33,697 bases of DNA from Candidatus Bathyarchaeia archaeon (GCA_036396185.1 DASWLJ010000172.1:1-33697); one strand, 5' to 3'; counted from the stretch's first letter, positions 15,109 to 24,765 are shown. Numbers and translations: made by a program. Notes: generated by a model from the letters alone, not told the origin.

Positions 15109-16239
15109 TTACTCCAGGGATATGACGCCCCTGGAGTACTTCTTCAGCTTGGACTCGTCAAGCTCGACGCCGAGCCCAGGGCCATCGGGAACGTGGACGT
15201 AGCCCTTCTCGAACCGGATGGGCTTCTTCACGACGTCGTCCTTCACCCACTCCGGGCACCCTGACAGCTCGCACTTGTGGGTAATGACGCGCCTGTACGC
15301 GGATATGATTTGGGTGGCCGCCGAGAGGCTTACGCCCAGCTCCACGTCGTCGTGGAACATGCAGGGTATGTTCATCACTCTGGCCATCTCCAGGAGCCTC
15401 CGCGCCCCCGTGACGCCGCCCCACGGCCTGTACGTCTTAAGGCCGAGGACGCCCACTGCCCCCATGTCGATGAGGCTCTTCACGTCCGACAGCAGGTACA
15501 TGGACTCGTGGGGCATGATGGGCGTGTCCACGGCAGCCGCCACCTCCGCCAGGCCCCTGAAGTCCCACCAGACTGTGGGCTGCTCCACAAACTCCACTCC
15601 ACAAGGCTCTATAGCCCTGATCATCTTCACTGCGTCGGCCACCCTGTACCCCTGGTTGCAGTCCACCCTCAGGGTGACCCCATCACCCACTGCGTCCCTG
15701 ACCGCCTCAACGCATTCCACGTCGCGTCCAGGCCCTATCTTGAGCCTGATCCCTGTGTACCCCTCCGTGACCATGCTGGACGCGACGGCCGCCACCTTCT
15801 CGGGGGCGTCGATGCCTATGAGCCCCACGTTGGGTATCGGTTCAGGCTTGGAGCCCCCCAGCATCCTGTACAGGGGAAGCCCTAGGCTCTTACCCATGAT
15901 GTCCCAGAGAGCCATGTCGATGATAGCCTTGGCCATGGGATACGTGGGCGCTATGTAGTCCATCTTCTCCCAGACAGCCTCCGTCTCGAATGGGTCCATT
16001 CCCAAGACGCTGGGCACCACCCAGTTCCTGAGCATCTCCACGATGACCGGCTGGCTCTCAGGGGACAGGGGCGGCAGGGGCGGGACCTCCCCCACGCCGG
16101 TGACTCCCTCGTCGGTGTGCACCCGGGCCAGGACGAACTGGAAAGGCTTACCCTCCCCCAGGGACCCGTACCTGGATATGACCAGCGCCTTGCTCCGCGG
16201 CACGTCCACGGGGATTATCTCAACCTTAGTGATCCTCAT
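15109..16239 (-). CDS. Enolase-superfamily enzyme, MLE subgroup (dipeptide epimerase / N-acylamino-acid racemase-like)
   Basis: 376 aa. IRLKIG, VDCNQGY (D193), FVEQP (E219), PHES (H244-E245) and GLKTYRPWGG (K268). The spacing matches L-Ala-D/L-Glu epimerase-type enzymes. Confidence 0.8.
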   Translation of the reverse strand: MRITKVEIIPVDVPRSKALVISRYGSLGEGKPFQFVLARVHTDEGVTGVGEVPPLPPLSPESQPVIVEMLRNWVVPSVLGMDPFETEAVWEKMDYIAPTYPMAKAIIDMALWDIMGKSLGLPLYRMLGGSKPEPIPNVGLIGIDAPEKVAAVASSMVTEGYTGIRLKIGPGRDVECVEAVRDAVGDGVTLRVDCNQGYRVADAVKMIRAIEPCGVEFVEQPTVWWDFRGLAEVAAAVDTPIMPHESMYLLSDVKSLIDMGAVGVLGLKTYRPWGGVTGARRLLEMARVMNIPCMFHDDVELGVSLSAATQIISAYRRVITHKCELSGCPEWVKDDVVKKPIRFEKGYVHVPDGPGLGVELDESKLKKYSRGVISLE

Positions 16240-16362
16240 GGTTAACCACTTCAGAACATGGAAATCTGTGCCTGACGCACATTTAACTGATTGGAGCCGT
16301 GGGCCTTAACGCGCCCCTGTGGGCCTTGCGTGTGGCACCGGTAGTTAGGACATAAGGGATCC

Positions 16363-17940
16363 TTAAAGGAGCCCCTTGAACGCCAGGAACCAGTCTATTA
16401 TCGGGGGCCCCAGCAGGATGAGGAGCCCGAATCGTATAACGTCGGATATCAGCCCTACCTTCACCATGTCCCTCATCTTCACGTAGCCTGAACTGTAGGC
16501 TATGGCCATGGCGGGGGTGGTGCTGGGCAGTGTGCTTGGTATCGTGGTGGCGATAGCGGTGCCAAGGACGGGCCCTATCGGGTTGATGCCCGCCGCTATG
16601 GATAGGGACGCGGCCAGAGGACACGCCATGCTCGCCGCCCCCGTGTTGGAGGCAGGGTAGCTCAGCAGGAACCCTATGAGGCTGCACGCCGCGAATATGA
16701 CGAACTCGTTGGGGCTGCCCCCTACGACGCCCCTGAAGATAGCGGTGACCCATTCGCTGAACCCGCATGCCATGAGCCCAAGCCCCAGGGTTATGCCTCC
16801 GCCCACCAGGAACACCACGTCCCAGTTGACCGAGCCCTTCAGTATCTCGTCCCACTCCAGCATACGCCTACCCTCGTTCCGAATGAGAGGGAACAGGAAG
16901 ATGGCTAGAACCGCCGGCGCGGCCTCAGGCAGGGCGCCGCTCACAGCGTCGCTGATGGACTTCAGGCCAGGGTCACCGATGGCCAGGTTCTGCAGCAGCC
17001 CTGGCATGATCCAGAGCAGAAGCGTGAAGAGGAGGAGCCCGACGGTGATCTTCTCTCCCCGGGTGACCCTGCCCAGGGAGTCCAGCTCACTCCTGAGAGT
17101 ACGGGAGTCGAAGGGAAGCTGCCTCACTTCAGGCCTGATCACCCTGTAGACTATGAGCCACGATATGAGTAGCCCCGCGACAGCGTGCACGCTGCCCACG
17201 AAGAACCAGTCCACGAAGGTGAGGTCAACCCCCGTAGTCTCCAGGATCACCTTCTTGCCGATGAGGTTCGTCGTCGTGCTCGTCAGGAAGAGCAGGCTGC
17301 CTGCCGTCGCGGCCTGGCCCAGTGCCAGGAGGGTGGCGGAGCCGTAGGAGCTGCCCCTATAGAACCCCTGCTTGACAAGGAACGCTATTACGAACCCGTA
17401 GACTATGCTGGTGGCAGCCGTCATGCTGCCCGTGATGGTTAAGAAGAACACCGGGAGGCTGGCCACGAAGAACCCTGCCAGCGCCGGGTTCCGGGTGCCG
17501 CTGAGGCTGGATATGGTCAAAGCGACCCGCTTGTCCAGGCCCCACACCTGGAACGACTTGGCGAACAGGAACCCCACCATGATCACCCAGATGAGGGGAT
17601 CCATGAACGGGGCTAAGCCCTCCTTCCAGGGAAGGATGCCTGAGAGCCCGAACAACATAACGGGGACCAGTGCAGCCAGGCCCAGAGGCGTTGTCTCGAA
17701 TATCCACCAGCAGGCCGTCCACAGGAGAACCCCGAGCCCGTACTGGGGGGCCGACGCGTACGAGAGACCCACAGCCTGAGCAGCCTCGGCGACGGCCGGC
17801 AGCGGCGGCAGAGCCACGCAGAGCAGGAATAGCGCTGGCCCTAGGTAGACGCTGATGCCCTTTAGGCTGTACCTGGACACGGCTTCCTGAACCTGTACCT
17901 GCATGCCGACAGTTGCACGCTTACCCTTTTGTATAAACAT
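16363..17940 (-). CDS. Anion permease of the DASS/SLC13-ArsB/NhaD type
   Basis: 525 aa and polytopic. The signature-like TACWWIFETTPLGLAALVPVMLF sits near the N-terminus, with a repeated hairpin-like segment in the C-terminal half. The start could also be the internal ATG (MQVQVQ...). Confidence 0.7.
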   Translation of the reverse strand: MFIQKGKRATVGMQVQVQEAVSRYSLKGISVYLGPALFLLCVALPPLPAVAEAAQAVGLSYASAPQYGLGVLLWTACWWIFETTPLGLAALVPVMLFGLSGILPWKEGLAPFMDPLIWVIMVGFLFAKSFQVWGLDKRVALTISSLSGTRNPALAGFFVASLPVFFLTITGSMTAATSIVYGFVIAFLVKQGFYRGSSYGSATLLALGQAATAGSLLFLTSTTTNLIGKKVILETTGVDLTFVDWFFVGSVHAVAGLLISWLIVYRVIRPEVRQLPFDSRTLRSELDSLGRVTRGEKITVGLLLFTLLLWIMPGLLQNLAIGDPGLKSISDAVSGALPEAAPAVLAIFLFPLIRNEGRRMLEWDEILKGSVNWDVVFLVGGGITLGLGLMACGFSEWVTAIFRGVVGGSPNEFVIFAACSLIGFLLSYPASNTGAASMACPLAASLSIAAGINPIGPVLGTAIATTIPSTLPSTTPAMAIAYSSGYVKMRDMVKVGLISDVIRFGLLILLGPPIIDWFLAFKGLL

Positions 17941-18006
17941 TACGGGGCGGAGCCTGTCCCCAGTAAATATTATAATTATTTCCCGGGTGCACGCTCAGGG
18001 AAGAGC

Positions 18007-19209
18007 TTAGTCAACCTTTACGCCGAACTGGAACATAATCCATGTGAGGGCGAAGACGCCGACGCTCAACATGAACACGTTGAACACGCCGAACATGTCC
18101 GCTATGTAAGCCGCTATCATGGGGGCGAAGGCGCCCATTATGCTCCCGGGCAGGAAGTAGAGGGCGAAGCCTAGGCCCCTCTGCCTGCTGGGGCTCAGCT
18201 TGGCCGATATGGCGGAGTTGGCTGCCATGCCGAGGAGGTTGAAGAACCCATACCCCAGGTAGAAGGATGCGAAGCTCCAGTTGCCGGGGACTAGGAAGGC
18301 CAGCGCGAAGGAAACGTACGCGAACGCGAGTGTATAGGTGATCCACCTCTTCTCGCCGTACTTGGCCGCGAATATGCCTCCGAGGGGAGCCGCCACGATC
18401 CCCATGAGGCTGCTGGCACCGAAGACGAGGCTAGCCAACGCGATGTCCAGGCCCCTCGTCTCGACGAGCCAAATGTTCAGGAACGTGACCGTCATGTTGG
18501 CTGCCACGGTTCTCAAAGCCCCGAAGACGAGGAACATTACGAGGCTGGCGGATAGAAGCTTCTCAACCTGACCCGCGGGCTTTCCATCACCGGTCTTAAC
18601 CTGCACGTCCCCAGTGGGGACGTACTTTATGAAGTAGACCATGAAGGCGCTGAGGATCAGAGGCACAACCCACGCCATGTAGACCTGCCTCCACCCGAAT
18701 GCGAAGAGTCCCACCAGGATGCTGATGCTTATGGGACCCAAAGCCATGCCCAGGGTGCCCCCCGCACCGTGGATGCCCAGGGCCTTGCTCCTATCCTTGG
18801 GTGCGAAGAGGAAGCTGGTGAAGCTGTAGCTGGCGGGGTGGTAGAAGGTGGTGCTGAGGTAGAACAGGCTAACGGCCAGTATGAACACCCATGGGTTCTG
18901 GGCGAAGCCCGCCGTGAGTGCGCCGGTGGCGGCGATGACGCTACTGAAAAAGATCATCTTCTTGGTCCCCAGCTTATCGGTGGCTAGTCCCGCGGGGATG
19001 GTCAGTATAGCGGCAGCCAGGCTCGGTATGCTGCTGATGAGTCCGATCTGCTGGTTGCTCAGGGCGAACTCCACCTTCAATATAGGGTAGAGGGCTGTGT
19101 GCATCTGCTGGAAGGCGTGTGTGAGCGTGTGTGTGATGGTCATAACGATGAGGCCGTAACTGAGGAGACTACGGTACCCGCCCGTCTCAGGTTCACCCAA
19201 TTTATTCAT
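18007..19209 (-). CDS. MFS transporter
   Basis: 400 aa, about 12 TM segments, and an MFS loop GLATDKLGTKKMIF. Confidence 0.8.
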   Translation of the reverse strand: MNKLGEPETGGYRSLLSYGLIVMTITHTLTHAFQQMHTALYPILKVEFALSNQQIGLISSIPSLAAAILTIPAGLATDKLGTKKMIFFSSVIAATGALTAGFAQNPWVFILAVSLFYLSTTFYHPASYSFTSFLFAPKDRSKALGIHGAGGTLGMALGPISISILVGLFAFGWRQVYMAWVVPLILSAFMVYFIKYVPTGDVQVKTGDGKPAGQVEKLLSASLVMFLVFGALRTVAANMTVTFLNIWLVETRGLDIALASLVFGASSLMGIVAAPLGGIFAAKYGEKRWITYTLAFAYVSFALAFLVPGNWSFASFYLGYGFFNLLGMAANSAISAKLSPSRQRGLGFALYFLPGSIMGAFAPMIAAYIADMFGVFNVFMLSVGVFALTWIMFQFGVKVD

Positions 19210-19300
19210 CCCAGAGTTGACACCGGAAATCCCTTCACCCGGCTATATAAGTGCGCCGAATATGCATAGCCTTAAACTAAGCCGACCATGTTCATACCCC

Positions 19301-19855
19301 ATGATATCCCGGGAACAGTGTATTAAACTCGTCAGGGAGCATGTGAAGAACGAGAACCTGGTGAACCACATGATAGGCGTTGGCGCTATCATGAGGGGTC
19401 TCGGGGAACGCCTGGGAGAAGACCCCGCCCTGTGGGAGGCTGTCGGCATACTCCACGACGTCGACTACGAGACCTTCGGCGAAGACTTCAGCAAACACGG
19501 CCTGAAGTCAGCTGAAATGGTCCAAGACCTGCTGCCAGAGGAAGCCTTAGAGGCCATAAGGGCTCACAACGATTTGACGGGGTTCAAGGCCGAGAAGAAG
19601 ATGGAGGTAGCCCTTCTTGCAGCAGACGCCATCTCGGGGATGATCGTGGCCAACGCCCTCGTACGGCCCACCAAGCTCATCGGCATGAAGGCCAAGAGCA
19701 TCAAGGACAGGATGAAGGACAAGAGCTTCGCAAGGCAGGTGAGCCGCGAGAACATCATGAGGTGCGAGGAGATAGGTCTCCCGTTCGGCGATTTCTCCCA
19801 GATAGCGGTCTCATCCATGCAGAGTGTGGCAGCCGAGATAGGGTTGGGCGCGTGA
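19301..19855 (+). CDS. HD-domain phosphohydrolase
   Basis: HMIGVGAIMRGLGERLG....GILHDVDYE (H...HD motif). ORF 19217..19855 starts at TTG. In-frame ATGs lie at 19262 and 19301, and I prefer 19301 (MISREQCIKLVREHV). Confidence 0.7.
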   Translation: MISREQCIKLVREHVKNENLVNHMIGVGAIMRGLGERLGEDPALWEAVGILHDVDYETFGEDFSKHGLKSAEMVQDLLPEEALEAIRAHNDLTGFKAEKKMEVALLAADAISGMIVANALVRPTKLIGMKAKSIKDRMKDKSFARQVSRENIMRCEEIGLPFGDFSQIAVSSMQSVAAEIGLGA

Positions 19856-20316
19856 TGCTTGACCCCGAGGTACAGCTTAACAGGATCATCAGGATAATAG
19901 CGGCCACCAGGTTCCCATTCGTGGACCAGGTGGAGGGTTGGCCGGACCACTACCAGACCATCGTGAACGACGAGCAGAAGCGGTTCGGCATCAAGGGCCC
20001 CGAAGGCGTCGTGTACCCCAGCATCGTGATCCTCAGAGACGACGGCGGAGTCCAGGAGCTGGGCATGGTGGAGAGAGCCGGGGACGTCCATGAGGGCCGA
20101 GCCGATCTGTGGAGGTTCCTCAGCGACTGCGCCGGCGTTGGCCGCAAGTACAAGAAGCTGTTCATATACGTGCCCCGCGGCCTCGAAGAGAAGGCGCTGA
20201 AGATACTGGAGGGCAACGGGATCGAGTACGATGGCCTCAGAGGCTACGCCGTGGAGGACAGGAGCCTGAAGATCATCCCCATAAAGACCCATGACAGCCC
20301 CCACGACCACCGCTGA
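19855..20316 (+). CDS. Hypothetical alpha/beta protein, translationally coupled to the HD gene
   Basis: The ATG at 19855 overlaps the TGA of the HD gene by 1 nt (gTGATG). 153 aa (MLDPEVQLNRIIRIIAATRF...). The track ORF 19762..20316 extends it upstream into the HD gene. Confidence 0.55.
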   Translation: MLDPEVQLNRIIRIIAATRFPFVDQVEGWPDHYQTIVNDEQKRFGIKGPEGVVYPSIVILRDDGGVQELGMVERAGDVHEGRADLWRFLSDCAGVGRKYKKLFIYVPRGLEEKALKILEGNGIEYDGLRGYAVEDRSLKIIPIKTHDSPHDHR

Positions 20317-20317
20317 C

Positions 20318-22804
20318 TCAGCGGAGGAAGCCGTCCAACCTCACACGGTCTTCTACCTTAGCCACGCTCCTCCCGTAGGCGACGGCCCACAACTCACCGT
20401 AGAGGTCCGCCGGAACCGTCAAAGTGTACCTTAGGTCCGCTGGCGCGGACACGGCCCTGTATCCCCCTATGCTAGGTATATCCGTCCAGCAGGCTCCGCC
20501 CAGCACCGTGTCGCCCGTAAGCACCGTCAGGCTGCAGTACTCCATCCCTGGGGGCTCAGAGTCGATGTGCGCTTCTACATCAACGACGAGGAAGCCGCCC
20601 ACCTCACGGCCGCTGAACCTGGTTATCTGGAGGTCGGTGAAAAGCGGAGGCGCGTCGACGGATACGGCATCGGATGTCATGGTTGCGCTGAGTTGTGCCG
20701 TGTTCCTCGCGTAGCACCTGAGGGCGACCTCGTGGCCACTGGCGCCGAGCGGAACCGTCACCTCGTACCCTATTGTCGTGGGCGATGTGACCCCTGCATG
20801 GCTCCATGTGACCTCATCCAGGCTGCTCCAGCATTCCCCGTGCACGATCTCGCCGTCAACTAGGATGTCCAGGCTGCAGTACTCGACACTAGGGGGATCG
20901 CTCAGGACATCCACGTATGCCACCACTTTAGCCTCCCCGTACCCCGCTTGGACCCTGAAATCTCTCATAAAGAGCTCAACCCCGGGCCCCTGGATGCTCC
21001 GAGTTCCATCGCTAGTATAACCACATGATACTTGAATGTCATCCGCCTCGCACACGAAGACCAGTGAGTCGGTGTATGTCTGACCCGTGAACCCGAAGCA
21101 GGCATACTCAAGCTTATACAGGGCTCCATCCTCTCCAACGGGCACCTTGAACTCGACCTCTTCTCCCGGCCCCATACTCGGGATCAGCCTGTCCATGACC
21201 ACCTTTGAGTCTTGAGAAAGCTTCACGTGGACAGCGTAGGCGGCCCCAGACCCGGCGTTGCTCAACCTGACTGAGCCCGGCTGGGGCGCAGCCACGAGGC
21301 TGGGCTCTCTCTCCTTGACAGGCTCACCCTTGAACCGCTGGGCGTTCACCCTCGTGACCTGAAGGGCGGCGAAGCCGTCCTCCACGCTGGGCTCAACCTC
21401 GGTGCCCTCATGCCACTCGTTCCAGCTGGTCACCATCACCCAGTCCACCCCGGCCTCGGAGACGCGGCTCCAGTATCCCTCATAGGTCTCCGAGCCGTTA
21501 CGGGGCATCACCCCGCCCGGTTGTCTGGTCTCGGTGTCGTCGTAGCCGGGGAGCACGGTCCCCACCCTGATCCTCCTGTGGAGCGTGACTGATCCCGCGG
21601 CCTTCACGGCCGCCATGGCCTCCACAATGCTGCCCTCCTCAAGCGCCCATCCACTCTCCGATACGACCCCCATCACCGCCCGGTGCTCCTCCGCGTCAAG
21701 CTCTATGTAGACGTGCATGCCGTCGAAGACCCTGAGGAACCCTGGGTCCCTGAAGTCGCCCACCAGCACCACGTCTCCCACCCTACCCTTGAGGGCGGAC
21801 TCCACGCGGCGCCAGTAGTCCGCGTCTCTACCAGCCCCCTCGGCGCCGTAGATGAACACGACGGGAGCGCCCCCGACCCTGAGGTAGCCGCCGTACCCTG
21901 AGTACCTGTCAACTAGGTAGGTGAGCTCATCCACCGCGGCCTCGACGGGCAGCGGAGCTAAACCGATCCTCAGAGACTCGTAGTAGGCCCCCACGCTGAA
22001 CCCCAGACGGCCCGCGACCCCTAAGAGCAGCTCCATGGCCTGGTCCTCCCTTGAGCCTGGGCCCCACCAGCTGCACAGGAAGCCGTCTATACCCGCGTCC
22101 ATGGCCAGCCTTACGTGGGCCTCCACCGTGGCCTCGTCCAGGCTGTCGTAGGCTCTGAGGACCGGGAAGTGGACCGAGGCGTCCGAGCATCCTTCAGACA
22201 CGTTGCCCCAGTGGAGCCAGCCGCCCGCGGGCCCATCCGGGCTACCGTACCACGGGTAGTAGACGGCCTGAACCATCCTGCCGGGCTCCTCGCCGACCCG
22301 CTTCACATCTATCCCGGTGTACCGCAGCCGCTCCGCGTCAACGGTGTAGACGCCGCGGTTCCTCGCCGGGTCTGATGGGACGCTGCCGTGGGTGATCCTC
22401 TTGAGTAGCATGTACCGGCCCATGGCCCAGCCGTAGACGTTTACCCGCGCCTCGCCTACGAAGCCCTTCTCAACCTCCACCGTGAAAGGCTGCCCTGTGC
22501 CAAGGACCAGGGCTTCGACGTCCAGCTGCACCAGCGTCTGGTCGTAGGGTGCTTTGGAGACCCAAACATGTATCTCGCCGCCTTCTGCGTACACGGCCAC
22601 GCCGCTCTCGGGTCCCTTTGTTACGGCGTATTCGTGAAGCAGAACGGATCCGAAGCCGGAAAAGGTCAGGTGGCTCCAGTCCGAGTCAGTGGACACCGTG
22701 AACTTGACTATGTGGGCGGTCTCGGCCAGGCACCCCACCTGGGGCACCGTAACCATGAGTAAAGCAAGGATGGTGACAGCAGCTATATCTGTACGCGGGC
22801 TCAT
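20318..22804 (-). CDS. Secreted multidomain protein with a GH99-like/WbsX-like glycoside hydrolase domain
   Basis: 828 aa. N-terminal signal-like IAAVTILALLMVTVPQVGC. The central domain has YYPWYG...HW, GIDGFLCSWWGPG, VLPGYDD and VTSWNEWHEGTEVEP. The C-terminus carries two ~114-aa repeats, each with EYCSL...G.CW. Confidence 0.7.
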   Translation of the reverse strand: MSPRTDIAAVTILALLMVTVPQVGCLAETAHIVKFTVSTDSDWSHLTFSGFGSVLLHEYAVTKGPESGVAVYAEGGEIHVWVSKAPYDQTLVQLDVEALVLGTGQPFTVEVEKGFVGEARVNVYGWAMGRYMLLKRITHGSVPSDPARNRGVYTVDAERLRYTGIDVKRVGEEPGRMVQAVYYPWYGSPDGPAGGWLHWGNVSEGCSDASVHFPVLRAYDSLDEATVEAHVRLAMDAGIDGFLCSWWGPGSREDQAMELLLGVAGRLGFSVGAYYESLRIGLAPLPVEAAVDELTYLVDRYSGYGGYLRVGGAPVVFIYGAEGAGRDADYWRRVESALKGRVGDVVLVGDFRDPGFLRVFDGMHVYIELDAEEHRAVMGVVSESGWALEEGSIVEAMAAVKAAGSVTLHRRIRVGTVLPGYDDTETRQPGGVMPRNGSETYEGYWSRVSEAGVDWVMVTSWNEWHEGTEVEPSVEDGFAALQVTRVNAQRFKGEPVKEREPSLVAAPQPGSVRLSNAGSGAAYAVHVKLSQDSKVVMDRLIPSMGPGEEVEFKVPVGEDGALYKLEYACFGFTGQTYTDSLVFVCEADDIQVSCGYTSDGTRSIQGPGVELFMRDFRVQAGYGEAKVVAYVDVLSDPPSVEYCSLDILVDGEIVHGECWSSLDEVTWSHAGVTSPTTIGYEVTVPLGASGHEVALRCYARNTAQLSATMTSDAVSVDAPPLFTDLQITRFSGREVGGFLVVDVEAHIDSEPPGMEYCSLTVLTGDTVLGGACWTDIPSIGGYRAVSAPADLRYTLTVPADLYGELWAVAYGRSVAKVEDRVRLDGFLR

Positions 22805-22824
22805 GGACCGAGAACGGTCATCCG

Positions 22825-22843
22825 TTATTTAGATATTATAAAC
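22825..22843 (-). promoter_or_regulatory. TATA-like box for the GH99-like gene
   Basis: The minus strand reads TTTATAATATCTAAATAAC, 20-40 nt upstream of the ATG at 22804. Confidence 0.3.
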
Positions 22844-23124
22844 CATGACTAGGTACCCCGACAACTGTCTAGCTGCTATTCCATGAAATTAGCTATAGAT
22901 AACATTGAAAAACGAAAAAAACTGCATCTAGCAACAATCTCCACGGCGTGCAACCGTAATGGAAGAACGTGAACCATGGATGTAAACCACGAAGGCGCAG
23001 ACCTAGTAAAATGACGCGGAGCAGGCATTTCCCTAGGAATAATGCTCAGGCTCAGACCCGCCACTGTGTTGAGTAATTAACATAAGCTGTAAAGAAGCAT
23101 AAAATAGGTAAAATAGTGGAGAGG

Positions 23125-24765
23125 CTACTTCGCCTTGAACACGGTCTTGCCGCCGAGGAACGTCCTGAGCACCCTCGTGTCCCGGATGTCGTCCTCGGGG
23201 CAGGTGAGTATGTCCCTGTCCAGGATCACCATGTCGGCCAGCTTCCCCGGCTCCAGGCTCCCCTTCAGGTCCTCCTCGAAGCTGAGGTAGGCACCATTGA
23301 CCGTGTACATCCTGATGGCCTCCTCCCTCGTGACTCTCTGCTCCTTACCCATCTGGGTGCCCTTCACCTCGGTCCTGCGGGCTATGGCGGCCCAGAGGCT
23401 TGGGAACGGCGGGTATGGTGTCACGGGGCTGTCGGTGCCGCCGCCCACTACTACGCCGTGGTCGATCCAGGCCCTGTGGGGTTTCAGCCACTCGCTGCGC
23501 TGGGAGCCCACGTTCTCGTGGTAGCTGTCGCCGAGGTAGTAGAGGAAGCTGGGCTGGCTGGCCACCAGGACGCCAAGCTCTCTGCATGTCTTGAAGTTGT
23601 CCTCGCTGGGTTGGTACGCGTGGATTAGGTAGAAGCGGCGGCCCTTGATGGGCTTCACCTTGTCCGTCTTCCTGTAGGCGTCGAGCACTATGTCCATGGC
23701 TTTGCCTCCGGCGCAGTGGATGCCGCAGAGCATGCCGCGCCTGTTGGCGGCGTCCACCAGCTTCTGTAGGTTCTCCGCGGGCACCGTGAGGATGCCAGAG
23801 TTGTCGGGCGTCCCCTCGTAGGGTTCACGCAGCAGCGCGGTCCTGCCGCCTACGCCTCCGTCGATGAGTATCTTGAGCCCCTGGAACCTGAGGAGCTCGT
23901 CGCCCATCCCTGTGATCATGGGGAAGTTCTCGACCCGTTTGACGCTCTCCTCGACGGGCTCCCCCTCCTGGATGGACCTGAGCATCACGTTGACGCGGCA
24001 CGTGAGCCCACCTTGCTCCCTGAGCAGCTGGTACGCCACCATCTCGTCCTCTGTGTCGCCGGCGTCTATGACGCTGGTAATACCCACCTCGTTGAACGAC
24101 TTGCACGCCGTCTTAATCGCCTTCATGGTCTCAGGGATGCCCACCGGGGGGACGTGCAGTCTGACAAGGTTCATGGCAGGCGACTCCTCCAGCATCCCCG
24201 TCGGCTCACCCTTGGCGTCCCTGACGATCCTGCCTCCGACAGGGTCCTTCGTCTTCTTGGTGACTCCGGCGATCTTCAGCGCCACGCTGTTAGCGACGAG
24301 AAGGTGGCCGCAGGTCCTTGTGAGCACCACGGGGTTGTCTGGGCTCACCCCGTCCAGGTCCCAGCGGCTGGGGTTCCTGTGCTCCGCCAGCTTGGCCTGG
24401 TCCCAGCCGCGGCCCTGTATCCACTCGCCGGACTTGGCCTGCTTAACCTTCTGGGCCACCGCCTTCTTCATGTCCTCGATGCTCATCATGGGCGGCGTGC
24501 GGCAGTTGATCATCTGGAGAGCCGTACCCGTGCTCACCACGTGCAGGTGGCTGTCGTAGAGGCCCGGCATCGCCGTCCTGCCCTTGAGGTCGACCACCTC
24601 GGTGCCCTTACCGGCGAGCTTCCTGATCTCCTCGGTTGAGCCCACCGCCTGGACCCTGCCGCCCTTGACGGCCACGGCCTGTGCCAGGGAGAAGGAATCG
24701 TCCACGGTGATGACCTTACCGTTGACAAGAACCAGATCAGCTTCACATGCGTTGCTGGGTTTCAT
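23125..24765 (-). CDS. Metal-dependent amidohydrolase (Amidohydro_3), paralog of 13505..15082
   Basis: 546 aa. Contains GLYDSHLHV, HCAGG and GTDSPV...GKLADMVILDRD. Confidence 0.8.
   Translation of the reverse strand: MKPSNACEADLVLVNGKVITVDDSFSLAQAVAVKGGRVQAVGSTEEIRKLAGKGTEVVDLKGRTAMPGLYDSHLHVVSTGTALQMINCRTPPMMSIEDMKKAVAQKVKQAKSGEWIQGRGWDQAKLAEHRNPSRWDLDGVSPDNPVVLTRTCGHLLVANSVALKIAGVTKKTKDPVGGRIVRDAKGEPTGMLEESPAMNLVRLHVPPVGIPETMKAIKTACKSFNEVGITSVIDAGDTEDEMVAYQLLREQGGLTCRVNVMLRSIQEGEPVEESVKRVENFPMITGMGDELLRFQGLKILIDGGVGGRTALLREPYEGTPDNSGILTVPAENLQKLVDAANRRGMLCGIHCAGGKAMDIVLDAYRKTDKVKPIKGRRFYLIHAYQPSEDNFKTCRELGVLVASQPSFLYYLGDSYHENVGSQRSEWLKPHRAWIDHGVVVGGGTDSPVTPYPPFPSLWAAIARRTEVKGTQMGKEQRVTREEAIRMYTVNGAYLSFEEDLKGSLEPGKLADMVILDRDILTCPEDDIRDTRVLRTFLGGKTVFKAK

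Noticed and set aside
20311-20323. Near-palindrome CGCTGAcTCAGCG formed by two convergent stop codons 1 nt apart.
   Set aside because: It is a simple consequence of TGA facing TCA with short matching flanks. It is too short to argue for a dedicated structure.
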